Shown: positions 1-12,783, numbered from the stretch's first letter. The stretch: 62,935 nucleotides of DNA from Cyanophora paradoxa CCMP329 (GCA_004431415.1 QPMI01000442.1:1-62935), one strand, 5' to 3'. The notes: generated from the letters alone by a model not told the origin. A program made the numbers and translations.

Positions 1-13
1 TGGAGCCAGAAAT

Positions 14-210
14 TAAGTTTACCATATGGTAAACTTAGGGTGTGGTAAAGTTGTGCTGTTTGCGTTACACCACTGTAAAGTCACCAGGGTAAAGTCGCCG
101 GGGTAAAGTCAGGGTGGTAAAGTTGTGAAAAGCGGGGTAAAGACGTCGGTGTAAACTCGCCGAGGTAAAGTTGGCGAGGTAAAGACGTCGGGGTAAACTC
201 GCCGAGGTAA
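14..210. repeat. Array of ~12 GGTAAA(G/C) motifs at ~14-bp spacing, starting with a perfect 24-bp palindrome; resembles DNA-transposon subterminal repeats
   Basis: Seen: TAAGTTTACCATATGGTAAACTTA (14-37) is its own reverse complement. (G)GTAAAG/(G)GTAAAC recurs at ~28, 44, 75, 88, 102, 116, 136, 151, 165, 178, 192 and (partially) 206. The subterminal role is inferred from CACTA biology and the nearby transposase. Confidence 0.75.
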
Positions 211-447
211 TGTTGGTTTCGGTGCAGCGGTTCACTTTTTTACGTTTTTTTTGCTTTTTTTTATTTTTTCTGTAAAAGCTATCTATAGCAGCCCATCTTC
301 AAGCGATACTGCGCGCGAGCTCTATCCTAGAGCTAGCTAATCGGTTTGATGAATGCTTCGTATTCCTGAAATCTGCAGCTGGGACGGAATTCTTCTTATT
401 TGCGTGCGCATGCGGACTGGCGGGATGCGCACCAGCCTGGCAGGTCA

Positions 448-1873
448 TTAATCAAGCTCATCTCCACCAACCTGGCTGCGGTGCGTAGTCATCTCCTCCT
501 CGTCCGACGACAAGCCGGACTCATCCCCATCAGGAATATTTGATGCCACTGCTGCAGCTGATTTCCCTGTGGCAAGTGTGACCAGCAGGTCCAGTGGCTC
601 TGAACGTGATGAAGATCCTTGCTGAAGTGTCACGTCCATTGCAGTCTCCTCCTGCATCATGATGTTGCAGCAGCGACACAAGGAGAGGAGAGTTAAAGAA
701 TGAACGAACCAGGAGACGGACATTAGCGTCCTTGAAGAAGCGACCGTAATCGGCAGTCGCTCTTTCGAACTCGGGATTCTGAACGCGATGGAGCGAAGAA
801 TCGGCTTCAAATCGGCGCGCGATCTCTGCCTCATCAGCCTCGTTCTGTCGATGCCGAGATTGCTGCTCGGCCTGCTCAGCCTGAAGCTTCTTCATGTCCT
901 CATCATTCGAATTCTGACTGTCTTGGCTGGCTGCGTTCGACTTTGCTCTCATCTCTTCCTCCTCCAGCTGCCTCTTGTCCTTCCGCTCTTCCTTTTCGGC
1001 TTCAAAGGCGTCGCGGTACACCCATTGCTCAATGACCCAGTCACCAGGCACATGAATCTACGGAATCATGAGTCAAAGTGCTAGCCGTCCAGTATTTTCA
1101 TATACTTCTTACCACGTCACTGCGACTCTTTGCCAGCAAATCGTGCAGCTTGTTGCTTGAGCCGAATCCGAGCTTATCAGCGACCAAAGTCGGTGGCGTC
1201 GGCGAAACTCCAAGCCAGTATGCCCTGAACAAAAGACGTCAAACATGTCGCGGATTTTTGCATTATTGATGCGCAATCACATCATATCCTGATCCGCGAC
1301 TGTGTCTTTCAGAGGAGTATACACTTCCGTAGGATGGATACTCTTGAAGATCGTATTCTTGCAAGCATGGCGCGTACCTGCATTGGAAAATCATAAACAT
1401 AATGCTTGATTGCGAGAAAGACAACAATTGAATGGCGCACGACCCCCAAACATGAAATGGCCTGGCTTCGTGCGGAATCCGAGGAAAGCGGGAACAAGGA
1501 AGCCTTTCTCGGTCTTCTCCCAGTGCGTAACGAGAACGCCGCCAGGGGTCCGTTCCTCGAGTTTGTACTCCAGCCGGAGTTCAGTACGAATAGCGTCTTC
1601 TGACCAGAAGGGGGGCTCGGCCTCGTGCACTTTTCCAGATCCAGATCCCGGAGATCCCGGCTGGCGGCGGGCGGCTGAAACGGGGAGTTTGACGAGGACC
1701 CGCTGATTCCGCTCCCCATTCGCCTCGTTGTGCACTTTCTGAGAGTCGAATTCCAACTCGTCTTTGAGCTTGAGAGCAGCTAGCACATCGCGACGGATTC
1801 GCTGGTCTTCCGTCTTGCTTCGCTTGGCTTTCGGAGCCTCCATCTGCGGCATATGCAAGTCAATAAGCGGCAT
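448..1873 (-). CDS. Spliced hypothetical protein (basic N-terminus, charged coiled-coil-like middle, acidic C-terminus)
   Basis: ORF fragments 1391-1927, 530-1051 and 448-834 can be joined by short GT-AG introns (e.g. gtaag...ccgtag before IHVPGDW). APKAKRSK is NLS-like. No recognised domain. Confidence 0.6.
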
Positions 1874-2110
1874 ATGCAAGTCAATAAGCAGACATATGCA
1901 GCCGGCAAGTTTCACCCACACCGCCAATGTCGAACTGGAATCAGCGAATCGTGATCAGCCCCCCCCCCCCCCCCCCCCCCCCGAAAGAGAAAATCCCGAA
2001 AGAGAACCCTCGAAAACCGCATGACAAAATAAGAATGCAAAAGCTCGCAAAGCAAAAGCGCAAAGCGGCAATGAGACGCAAGTGAATTCGCAAATGTGAC
2101 TGAGCGACTG

Positions 2111-2667
2111 CGTCCATCTCGAACACCTAGCTGCACCGTCAGGTTGCCGGGTTCCGGACCTGCGTGCACGTGTCGACTTCCCTCTTTGCAGAGGCCCGGG
2201 CGTACGCCGTCATCTCGAACACCTAGCTGCACCGGTCAGGTTGCCGGTTCGGACCTGCCGTGCACGTGTCGACTTCCTCTCTTGCAGAGGCCCGGGCGTA
2301 CGCCGTCCATCCGACACCTAGCTGCACCGGTCAGGTTGCCGGGTTCGGACCTGCCTGTGCACGTGTCGACTTCCTCTCTTTGCAGAGGCCCCGGGCGTAC
2401 GCCGTCCATCTCGAACACCTAGCTGCACGGTCAGGTTGCCGGGTCCGGACCTGCCCGTGCACGTGTCGACTTCCTCTTCTCTTTGCAGAGGCCCGGCGTA
2501 CGCCGTCCATGCCTCGAACACGCTAGCTGCACCCGGTCAGGTTGCCGGCGACCTGCCGGCACGGCTCCTCCTGTGCACGTCGACTTCCTCTCCTGCAGAG
2601 GCCCGGGCGTACGCCGTCCATCTCCGACACCTAGCTGCACCGGTCAGGTTGCCGGGTTCCGGACCTG
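2111..2667. repeat. Tandem repeat, ~97-105-bp unit, ~5.5 copies
   Basis: Unit cgtccatctcgaacacctagctgcaccggtcaggttgccgggttccggacctgccgtgcacgtgtcgacttcctctctttgcagaggcccgggcgtacgc starts at ~2111, 2208, 2304, 2403, 2504 and 2614. Copies differ mostly by small indels. Confidence 0.95.
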
Positions 2668-2699
2668 GCTCTGTCAAACATGGCTCTGATGTGTTGTTA

Positions 2700-5600
2700 T
2701 CTGCAAAAACGCAAGCGCGAGAGCAATGTGCAGGCAACGCTTTTGCATGAACATCTAGATAGATGAAAGAAGGGATGAAGAGCAAAGACAGCGTGTGAAG
2801 AGAAATTGACAGAGGGCACACGTTTTTCACAGAGGCTCTCACCATCATCGTCCTGTCCCTATTCATTGGTTCATTATGACACGCAAATATGAGCAGCATT
2901 TATGTAATATGTCGATTGACACGACCGAAGAAAATTGCTCACTGATCTCTTCGAGCCTCCTTCCTCCCCCTCCTTGTTTCCCCTTGCTGCCGCGCCAGCA
3001 TGCTTGTTCCCGGCACCAGCATGCTGTTCCCGGCACCAGCTGCAGATGCCTTGATCCTCGGCTTTTTGGAGGGACGGCACTATTTGCTTCGGACTCGAGC
3101 TCCTCCTGCATCGGTGGATCGATTCGATTAATGGGATCGATACAATTAAGATATAACGGACGTGATGCATCAGAAGCAGGCCAGATGTTGGCTCGGATGC
3201 ACTCGTGTTAGCAGTGCTCTTTGAAGAAGATTTCCTGCCCAGAAAATCGCTCGTTTCGCTCCGTTCGCCACTTGCATGTTCGGCTGCACCGGACCGCAGT
3301 CATCAAAGTAGCAACGAAACCATCTTGGAAAGACTACGGACTTACAACCTGCGCGGCGTCAATCAGTCGGTTCACGTGCTGCACACAATCCAAGATTCTG
3401 ACTGACCATCTGCACCGGATCTCTTTTGCGACGCCTTTCTTCATGTAGAAGTATGGAATCTGTTTCTGAACCCAAGTTGGACAAACAGATGTCACGACAA
3501 CCAGATCGTGGGCGCTCTGTACGGCATCGCAAAGGGCCTCGTCACGAGAACACGATTACTGGCGCTCATAAGGTAGTATTCAACGCATGCACCTCCTCCA
3601 ATTCAAACAGGTTGGCCCGTACAAGCTGCGGATTGACGAATGATAAATCCACACGGCCGACGTACAACCCTGTCCGACTATCTCGGCTGTCGCATTCGGA
3701 CCCCAACGTGCATCAAGTCCACCAGCTCGAACTTGTTGAAGCGCATCAGACTGTTAGGAATCGCTTCCGGTGCAGCAAGGAACGGATTCACTGCGAAACG
3801 AAATCAGGTACGTCAAGATATCGAAAATGAACAACAGTACTGAAGTCTCCGGGGCTGATGATTGCTTAGAGAACTTATCAACCTCTTTTGCCCGCTCGAC
3901 TTCTCGTTTCTGCATGCGTTTCATCTTTTCGGGCCATTATACAAGGTTGCGCCGTTCTGTCGCAAGAATAGAAAACCGTGGACAGCACATTTAAGATAAT
4001 GGCTGGCACACAGCCACATAGTCTCCATTCCGTGGTGCGACTTTGAACAAGATATCTAACGTGACCCTTTAGCCATTCCGTCACAACCTTTTCCGTGAAC
4101 GGCTCCTGACGTGGTATGTCGGTGAATGATGATGATGAGGAAAACAAAGATATGAACCGGTGCTGGATTTCCGTCTGAACTCCTTCAGGATAAACGCGTT
4201 GCTGTCATTGTGCAACAGGTGTACTTGAGGCGAGAAGGATGCGTTGAATCAGCTCTGTAGCGGACCATCGGAATTTAAAAAGATATCATATTCCGAAAAA
4301 GCGATTCGCACTGCTGTACGATGTTTTCATCTCAAGCCAAATGGGTTGCCCAAGTGCGTCCCAAATGCCTGAAGATATACCATAAAATTGATACGAATAA
4401 AAGGAGACCGAGCATTGTGAATGAAGACTCGTGGATTCTTTTCGTCGCGCCTTCCGAGGAAAGAGAAACCTGAGCGTGGTTGGGCGTTTTGCAATGGAAC
4501 TGAATGGAAATCTGAACTGAATGGTGATGCAAATCCGAACCATGCGTGATGGCCACGCAATCAACGCCCACAGGAGCGCAGTGTCGTAGCTGTTTTCTCG
4601 GAGCTTCGCGAAGAGTGCAAGAAGAGCTTCACGCTGCCGACACGGATTTCATCAAAAAAATGAATCCGGTCATAAGGACATGAAAAAGCGAACAGCCATC
4701 GCGGATGACTGGTGTCTGCGGCTCTGATATTCAACGGTCCCAATCAGAAGCCGCACTGAAGCCTCCAGCGTTGCCTTGAAGTCTACAGGACTTGTGGACG
4801 GCCGCCGAAGATCGTGTTCGAGACGTCTGATTGTTTTTTGTCATGCGCACGTATGTTGTCATGTTTTGATCATGTGCGTGTGTAATTCGAAAAACGCACC
4901 AAAGACTCTCATGATATCGTCGACAAGAGTCTGTACTTGAAGAGGCCAAAGCTCCTCTGGATCGTTCGCAGGCTGCCTGAGAACCGATGCTGTTTGTGAG
5001 AGCGTAAGTTCTTCAACGTGCGATTGCAAACAGCAATCGAGTTCACCCACGCATTGGCGTTACTGCGACCGCCCGAAAGGCGGTGCGCAGCGAGACCCGC
5101 GTATGAGTTCTCCTTCTCCGACCCTCGCGGTCGGATCCATCGTTTTTTCTCATCGTTCTTCTGAAGGATTGCTGTCGTCGATCTGCCGACTGTATTCACG
5201 CTCTGATTCTTCAGAATCTGCGCTTCCCATCAGTTTGCGATAGCAATACACAACAGCAGGACCACATTTCGAGCAAGGGAAGCAGCGTTCGCCAAAAGCG
5301 TCATCGGCTTCCACAAAATCAGAGGCGTAACCGGTGAAGAAGAAATTGCAGACACAAAGAAAGACAGCACCTTCAGAGGACCTCCTTTATCAGCAGTCTG
5401 AGGGCAAAGCACCGACCAGATTTTCAGGACCGGCAGCATCGATATTCGAATGGTGAAACAACGGGAAATCACCTTCAACGAAGGAACTGCCGCTGGAATA
5501 TTTTCGCCAGAGACGGTTGCTGCCTGAAAGCAACAGCAACGGCAAAGGTTTCAGCACTCGGGCATCAGCATTCGAACGCTCGAATTGCTGAAGAACACCG

Positions 5601-6563
5601 TTTTGAAGCGGCCGCCAGAGGAGTTTCCGGCCTGAACATGTGAGGAGAGCTCTTAGCATCGGCTGTCAAGTCCATAAAGCGCTGGGATGCATGCACACCG
5701 CTGGAACTGGAACGGGTTCTCCGCCTTTGCTTCGGTTTCCACAGTTCGGGACCTTTCCAATAGCTGCACATGTAGTGTAAGCTGTTATACTAGCGGGGAC
5801 GAGTAAGACTGCGTACATTCAACGCAAGTATTTCTGGCCAGAGTGCATCTCCTCGCCGCTTCTTGATTTTCTGCCAGAAGAGCATCAAAATTTGAAGGAT
5901 CAATATCAACATCGTCTGCCAGCAAGTCACAGGAGCTGTACAGGGAATCAACCTTTCGCAACACAGCTTCGTATTTGCAAAATGAATGCGCACGTGATTG
6001 AGGCCAAGCGTAGATCGATGTCGCGAACCTCCTGAGCAGCAGCATGAAGCTCTCTTACGCTCTTCATCGCGTCTCCGAGAACAGGCGGAATGACAATTTT
6101 GCTCGATATCGGTAACACTTCGTTGGCTTCTTCGACTGCAGCTAGAAAAGCTCGTTCGACGTTAAAAAACCTGATTGGAACCACGCCCGTTGGTCTAATT
6201 GCGACGATTGCATAGAAGGAACCTAACGTGGGCGCACGTTGTCGTATCATAGTTCATGTGCACGGCCGGAGGTTCTGCACGTCCACAATCTCTGTGGAGC
6301 TAATGAAACGATTGCAACAGCGGCATATCCACAGCGTACGCGTACACATAGACCTTGTGGAGCTCATTGAACAACGCAGTCCTCCACTTGAAGACATTTG
6401 CTTTTCGTGCTACGATTACTGCGCAGGCTTGGTACCGCGGAAAAGCGCACCATAGTACAAGCATGCGCACCATTTGCACCGCTAGCTTCCGCTGGGTCGC
6501 CGGTAACGCATGCACGCCACTAGTGCTCACTGGCGGCCGCGGGCTGGCCATTGGGGCAGTCAA
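2700..6563 (-). CDS. Long multi-exon hypothetical protein, divergent from the transposase
   Basis: Chain of minus-strand ORF fragments (6300-6563, 5948-6250, 5785-6045, 5390-5659, 4909-5199, 4561-4743, 3878-4147, 2863-3111) separated by intron-like GT...CAG segments. No domain recognised. The 3' end is uncertain and may run into the tandem repeat; this could be more than one gene. Confidence 0.5.
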
Positions 6564-6821
6564 CTCTGCGAACAGCGCTAAGTGACATTCTGTTGCTGTC
6601 TCATTGCTGCCTAGGAGCGCATCTCATCGCCTAGGTGCGCATCTCATCGCGTCGCTGTACCGGGCTTCGGAAAACTCCGATCGCACTACAGCAAGACTAA
6701 GCACACTCAGAAGAGCTCAAGATGCTTACGGATGGTCGAGATGCTCCACGCCGATGTTTTCAAACTGCGCCGTGTACCCCCCGGGGGGGGAAGAACCTGG
6801 AGCAGCGGTGCGAACCACGCC

Positions 6822-9800
6822 ATGCAGCGGTCAGAGCGACTGCGGTGCGAATGTCAGAAGTGTCAAGGCAAGTTAGTGCGTCCTGAGGTTTTCAATGCAC
6901 ATCAACTGCTAGCGCACACCGGATTCAGTAGCAGCGATCGGCAAGTCGAGTGCCCTTGCTCGCGCTGCAATGGAAAGCGCGTCTCGTCTTGGGTGCAAAG
7001 GATACATTTGCACCTAGACAAATATGGATCCAGTCTAGTAGAGCAAGCTGCCCGGAGAGCTCCTGTAAGCGATTTCGTTCCTTTCGTAGCCGAAGTTCTT
7101 GACGTACCGATCCCGACAATTTCGGTTCGAGCGGCACTAAGAAGACGACGATTAGCAGCCCCGGCAGCACTTCAAGGCAACGAGCGACAAACAGATTCCA
7201 ATTCGAAGCGCAAACGTGTCAACAATAAAGCCGCTCGTATGCTGCGAAGGCTGGGTAGATATACTGATCGTATTGGTCCTCAAGAAAACGGCAATGAACC
7301 TGGACATGAATCCAATATCGTCGATGGCATCGATGGCGATGATCATGCTCATGAGGCTTTCGACGACCCAGCCGCAGAGGAAGGCCAAGCGGACGACATA
7401 CGTGCAGACCCAGCTAGGCGGATCAAGTGGATTATGGCCTAGAGTCGGATCAGGACGCAGCGCTCGACGGCTCAGATGATGAATGCACTACCAACAGGCA
7501 GAATTTTTATTCTGAGCCTCTTTTTGAGGGCTGTAAAGTGTCGGTGCGTGCTGGAGCATTCAATACATTGCTTGATATTGGCTGTATTGGCTTTTTAACT
7601 GTTCTCTAGCGCATGGATTACATCACTTTTTGCCTCGCATTGAAGAAACGCTTTACACAAGCACCTGTTGAGATGTTTGCATCAATCAACGCGGCTGTGT
7701 CTCTCATCATTGAGGGCCAACAAACTGCAACGAGGCAGCTCGGGTCTTGGAAGAGAATGATTAGAGAAATCCAAGAATTCGTAGCGGTAAATAATCAACC
7801 ACTTTCAATTTTCGTGTTCGAAACGTTAACATTTCCCTGCTCAGCCTTCCATCACTTTCAGGACATGTGGGTATAAAGAGACAAAGCACAAGGTGGCGAT
7901 TTGCAAGACAGTCTGGATCGAAGACGGAACTGTTCCTCCAAATACAGTCTGCGAGTGTGGCCATTCAACCTATGCCGATGGTGTGGTGGGCTTCTTTTTG
8001 ATCCGACCCGGAGTTTTCAGCAGCTACTGAACAGTCCTTCGTATTATCCCCGGTTCCAGTGCGTTGATTTCGATTCTGTCGGTGCGGCCACGGCTGATCA
8101 AATTTACACAACGGCGTCCAGTTACGGCGTTCGAGCAATACAGATTGGGGGCGATCGTGTTCCAGATTACTATTTGCGGTCGCAAGAATCCGAAACCCAA
8201 CATCTCACTGGCGACTTTGTTCAATCAAGACTTTTCTCTTCTCTTCACGAGGAGGGCTGTGTGCGAATTTCGGACGGTCTTGGAGTTGTGTGCGCATACT
8301 CTACAGATTCCGCAGTGACGCACAGCTGGTCATTTCCACACCTACAGCTTATTCTGAAAACTGGACTCTAATGTCGTGTTTCTAGGTCCCACGGCGGCTC
8401 TTTCACCCCTGTGTTTGTGATACCTATGTCTGCGCATCCTAATTGGCGGTGCGTGATCATTATCTCGCTTTCCGCTTTTTCGCCACTTGTCTCACCCCGT
8501 TTCGCTCAGAACAGCAATGCAACGCCTTGTTTTTCTCATGGATGGGAAGCCGAGAAACTTCGATGGAATGTTCCGCGTATTCCTTACACCGTGGCTTGTT
8601 GCCAACCAGCCGCCGCCCCCAGGAGTCCCCGCTCCCGAAAGCCAAGGGTTTGCATGCCTTATAATCTGTCTCTTTCTTTCAATCATTCAATACCGTTGAG
8701 CAGAGTGGGGTTTTGCAATCCTCTCACCGGCAAAACTGACAAAGCATATTTCACAATGGCTCTCAATATCGATGACCTCCCCGGATGCGCAACGGCATTT
8801 ATGATAAGTTCGCGTAACGCATCCTTGCGCGGCTTTGTATTCCGGGACAGAAACCTAAACTTTCTGCAGCGTCGCACAGTGGCGAGCACGGCCATCCGCT
8901 TCGGAAGGTGGATTTCTGGAAAGCGCAGAGCAAAACCGCCGGGAAAAACATGTTTCAAGCACACGATCTCCCGCTCAAACACTGGATGCGGGAGTTGTGC
9001 GTACTGACCAAGGATCATGATAGACCCCCATCTGCCCGAACGGACTACTGCATGGTGCATCGAGCCGACGGACTGAAACGTTCCCACTGCAGCTGTTCTG
9101 ACACCCTTCGGTACAGCGAGCCGACGGACATGCTGTAGAGATCCAACGCCAAAGATGGTTTCGGAAAGAGATTACGCAAACAGCTTTTGTTCAATTTGTG
9201 AAAACGAAAACCTTCGGTAAACCTTTTAGAATGGATATAAGTGAACATCCTTCGAACGCGCCGTCCATTGAATTGTCTCTGACCAGGCGTTCAAGGCTTG
9301 CCGACTTTAGCGGAATGGCCACACTTTCGGCTCGGCCCCTATGCGACTTCAGCGAGAGCGACTGGGAGTTCCTGCGGCATGGCGAGCTGAATTTCGACAT
9401 GGGTGTTGACCGTTCAGGGCGCGGCATACTGACGAATTCCACCTCGTCAAAAACCGTCTGGCGGATGTCTTCAACTATCTTCGCGGCAACGCGAATAATG
9501 GTGATAAGCTCAGTCCTACCTCGATTCAGTGTGTCGTTGCATCTTCCAACTTCCATTCGTGGTTGATTTGCAACGTACAACCACTAACTTAATTACTTTC
9601 GTCAATGCGAAGGTTAAGCATCAACATGGATGTTCTTGTCCTTTACAGGGCGCCAAGCGAAGCGGAAATACGCTGCGCAGAGCAAAAGATGGAAAAGGAT
9701 CGGCGACTTTACGAAGCAGCTCTCCGAAATGGCAAGCCTCCTCCACGCCAGCCAGTCGACCTTGTCGCGGAACTCGAAGATAACGCGCCGTTTGCCTGGG

Positions 9801-11798
9801 AAGCCACTGAACGGCTGTACGATGCTATCGAGCGTGTTGCAAGGCGCGCACGATATCCGCACTTTTCAGGAACAACGGTAAGAATTAAATTCGCCAGACC
9901 CAATTTAAGTGAAGTTCGCAATTACAAATCGAGAAGAGCGAACTTTGATGTTTATAATTAGGACTAGCAGGAGTAACCATGTGTGCAGATGGACGAACCG
10001 TCGTTTTTACGGACTGGACGAAACTTTCAAAAGTTCGCTATTGCAGACGTGGCAGGCGACATTCTTCGCATGTGTCTTGATGCGGATATGGATAAACAGA
10101 ATTGCCTCTATCGGATCCTCGTAATCAATCAACTGGACGTCCTGCACGGCATTGGATCGAAGGTAACGTTGAGAAAGCAAAGGCTCCGACACGTCCGTGA
10201 CGTTGTAACAGATTGTTTATCCGGACTTCTTGCTTGAACTCCGCAAACTAGCAGTTCTTACAAGGGGTGCCGAACGTCACTACGTACCCGTGCCGTTCTG
10301 GACAATGTATGCAGCTCTCGTTGTTGATGCGTGCGCGAACCATTGGCTGTAGCTTGCCTGCAATCGGCTTAAATGTGCGAAGAGTGGACGGATGCATCGA
10401 GCTGGGGCCGGCGCCAGCAGTTTCTTCCCGTGGAACGGAGCGGGGCGGTCACAATGTGAAAGTTACTGCAGGAATCGGGCACAATCATCTCTGATAACGA
10501 GTGCGGCCCGACGAACGCAGGCAAGTTGTGAAAATATCTATTGCAATGCATATTGAATTTCGGTATTGGAGACGTTTGAACGGATTTTGTTTGCAGGAAA
10601 TGGGAGCCCTTGCCGTCCTGCAGCATGCAACAAGCGAGTTCTTGAACAAAATTCCACACCTTCTTGACACGGAAAAAGCCGGTGCCATTCGGAAGGGCAA
10701 ACGTGGCTACAGCTACGATATTCACACAGCTGGCGTCGAATACAGTAAGAAAACCAAACCAGAGCTGGGGTTCATTCTTGAAGGAAGGTTCGAAATTCGA
10801 ATTCGCAATTGCCGCCGCCAGCTGCAGATCTAGAGTCTAGATCTGCCCCACATTGATGACAAACTCGCATTAATTCTGCACAGTGATGACAATCACGATG
10901 AAGAGTACGGTGGCTTAATCTCTTCGTTTTGCGAGCGGGAGGAGCTGTTCGGAAATCCCCGTATCTGGCCGTTTTCTTCGACCTCTACGTTGACGAGCGA
11001 GAGCGATTCATAGAGACTAAAGGCACCTGGTTCGAACCATCCGGATATCGATCCGCCCTTGTTTGTTTCTTCGTGATCATGATCAGCATGCGCACCCAGG
11101 CCGAGCTGGGAATACACGATAGAACCTGTATTGCCGGAGGCTGGGCCCTGGCGTCCGATGGATCCGCACTTCTCCAGCATGCCTCGAGAATGGATTGGCG
11201 TCCCACCTCGAAAGGGAACTATGTATCCTTGCTTTTACGCCAACCACCACCTGTTCATTTCCAGCGAACTCTCAACCGACAAGCACGACAGCTCATTCAT
11301 GTCCTTTATCGCGATGGTTCCCCGACGGCAGCTCTGCGACGAGGGGGGCCATCCCTACCCTATCATTCCCCTCGGGCGAATGGGTTACCTCAGCGCCGAG
11401 GAGATCCAAGCGCATCCTGACCGGCGAGAGCCGGTCCGGCGCTATGCTCGTGCCAGAGGCCTTTTCGAGTTCGCCCACGCAAAGGCACCCGGGGTGCGTT
11501 TCGCATCATTCGAGCTGCGGTCTACCCCTTCTCAGCTTGCTCGTTTATGCCCAACTTGAACTGCGACCGAATCGACATCACCAAAGAGGACCCTCTCTGT
11601 CGTTGGGTGTGGCCTGACACCATCGAGCCTTGGCGCCTGATGCCTCTCCCCGACCACACATCGTCGCAATTCGAGCGTGTGCTCCCTAACCCAACAATCG
11701 ATCACCTTATCAGAGCTCAGCAGTGCTTCCCAGATAAGGGAGAGGTTAGGAACTTTCTTGGCGAGCGGCTGCCGTTCACGTCCCTGCGTAAAACGTAG
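6822..11798 (+). CDS. CACTA/EnSpm-type (TNP2, Transposase_21-like) DDE transposase, spliced
   Basis: Motifs occur in the TNP2 order: CECQKC...H and CPCSRCNG...HLHLDKYG (transposase-associated Zn motif, ~6846-7030); EPLFEGCKVS..ITFCLALKKRF (~7516-7650); Cys cluster; YSTDS (~8297, first catalytic Asp); SFTPVFVIPMSAHPNWR (the S.WPV...NLPP..R equivalent); NIDDLPG (~8771, D.P motif); CIELGPAPAVSSRGTERGGHNVK (~10395-10460, GP...ER motif carrying the catalytic Glu). The C-terminal extent is less certain. Confidence 0.82.
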
Positions 11799-11877
11799 CC
11801 TACAGCTGCATGCGCAAGACGTCATTTATGCAAATAATTAGCTTGTAACAAATTTATTATTTCTTGTGGCCTGCGGC

Positions 11878-12557
11878 ATGCAGCCGCAGAGCCTCGGAGG
11901 CCCGGGCCTTTCGGATCCGGTCCTGGTGATAAAGCACACAATCATGATTCTTCTGATCATGAGCCCTTCGAGCTCGTGATCATGAAGCCTCAGGCCTCGG
12001 TACCAGGGCGACTCGGCGAGCTCGACGCATGGCCAGTCATGATCAAAAAGCTCGTGTCTCGTAGCAAGCAACCCTCCGGGCCCAGCCTAGAAGACACACG
12101 GCGCTGATGATGGGAGCTCGAGCCTCGAGAAAGCCTCAGGCCTCCTTTGAGGCCCAGGGACATGCGCTGGTCATAGACTCTAGATCTGAGAGCCTCGGAG
12201 CTCGAGCTTGTGATCATGTGCATCGGATCATGACGCCGCTGAGCCTCACTGGGCTCAGGCCTCGGCAGCTCCCTTTGAGGCTCCGGATCCCTGATCATGA
12301 CTTAATGCAGCCGCAGAGCCTCGGAGGCCCGGGCCTTTCGGATCCGGTCCTGGTGATAAAGCACACAATCATGATTCTTCTGATCATGAGCCCATCGAGC
12401 TCGTGATCATGAAGCCTCAGGCCTCGGTACCAGGGCGACTCGGCGAGCTCGACGCATGGCCAGTCATGATCAAAAAGCTCGTGTCTCGTAGCAAGCAACC
12501 CTCCGGGCCCAGCCTAGAAGACACACGGCGCTGATGATGGGAGCTCGAGCCTCGAGA
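11878..12557. repeat. Near-perfect ~250-bp direct repeat (11878-12129 and 12305-12557) within a TCATGA/TGATCA-rich tract
   Basis: atgcagccgcagagcctcggaggcccgggcc...gagctcgagcctcgaga occurs twice, ~427 bp apart, with one visible substitution (cccttcg/cccatcg). Confidence 0.95.
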
Positions 12558-12783
12558 TCCGCATGATGGGCCGGAGCCACTAGGACGATTAATATTTAAT
12601 TATGCCTCTGTCCCCTCATGATCAGCGAGGACGGCTTATGCACATGATGATCATGACGTGCGTGCATGCGCGTGCACGTGTGAATGCCTGCAGGCGCAGT
12701 TGCTTCCTCATCAATTCAAATCTATTACTTCCTAATTCCTCAAAAAGCTACTCTCCTAATTCCTAATAAAGCTACATTCTCCC

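Noticed and set aside
71-79. CACTGTAAA as the exact left TIR
   Set aside because: The motif array continues to its left, and I found no TTTACAGTG counterpart in the window; it cannot be called without flanks.
2111-2667. CRISPR array
   Set aside because: The units are contiguous with no unique spacers, the context is eukaryotic, and there are no cas genes.
11838-12498. Duplicated small ORFs (MLATRHELFDHDW...)
   Set aside because: By-products of the ~250-bp direct repeat, with non-ATG starts and no coding signal.
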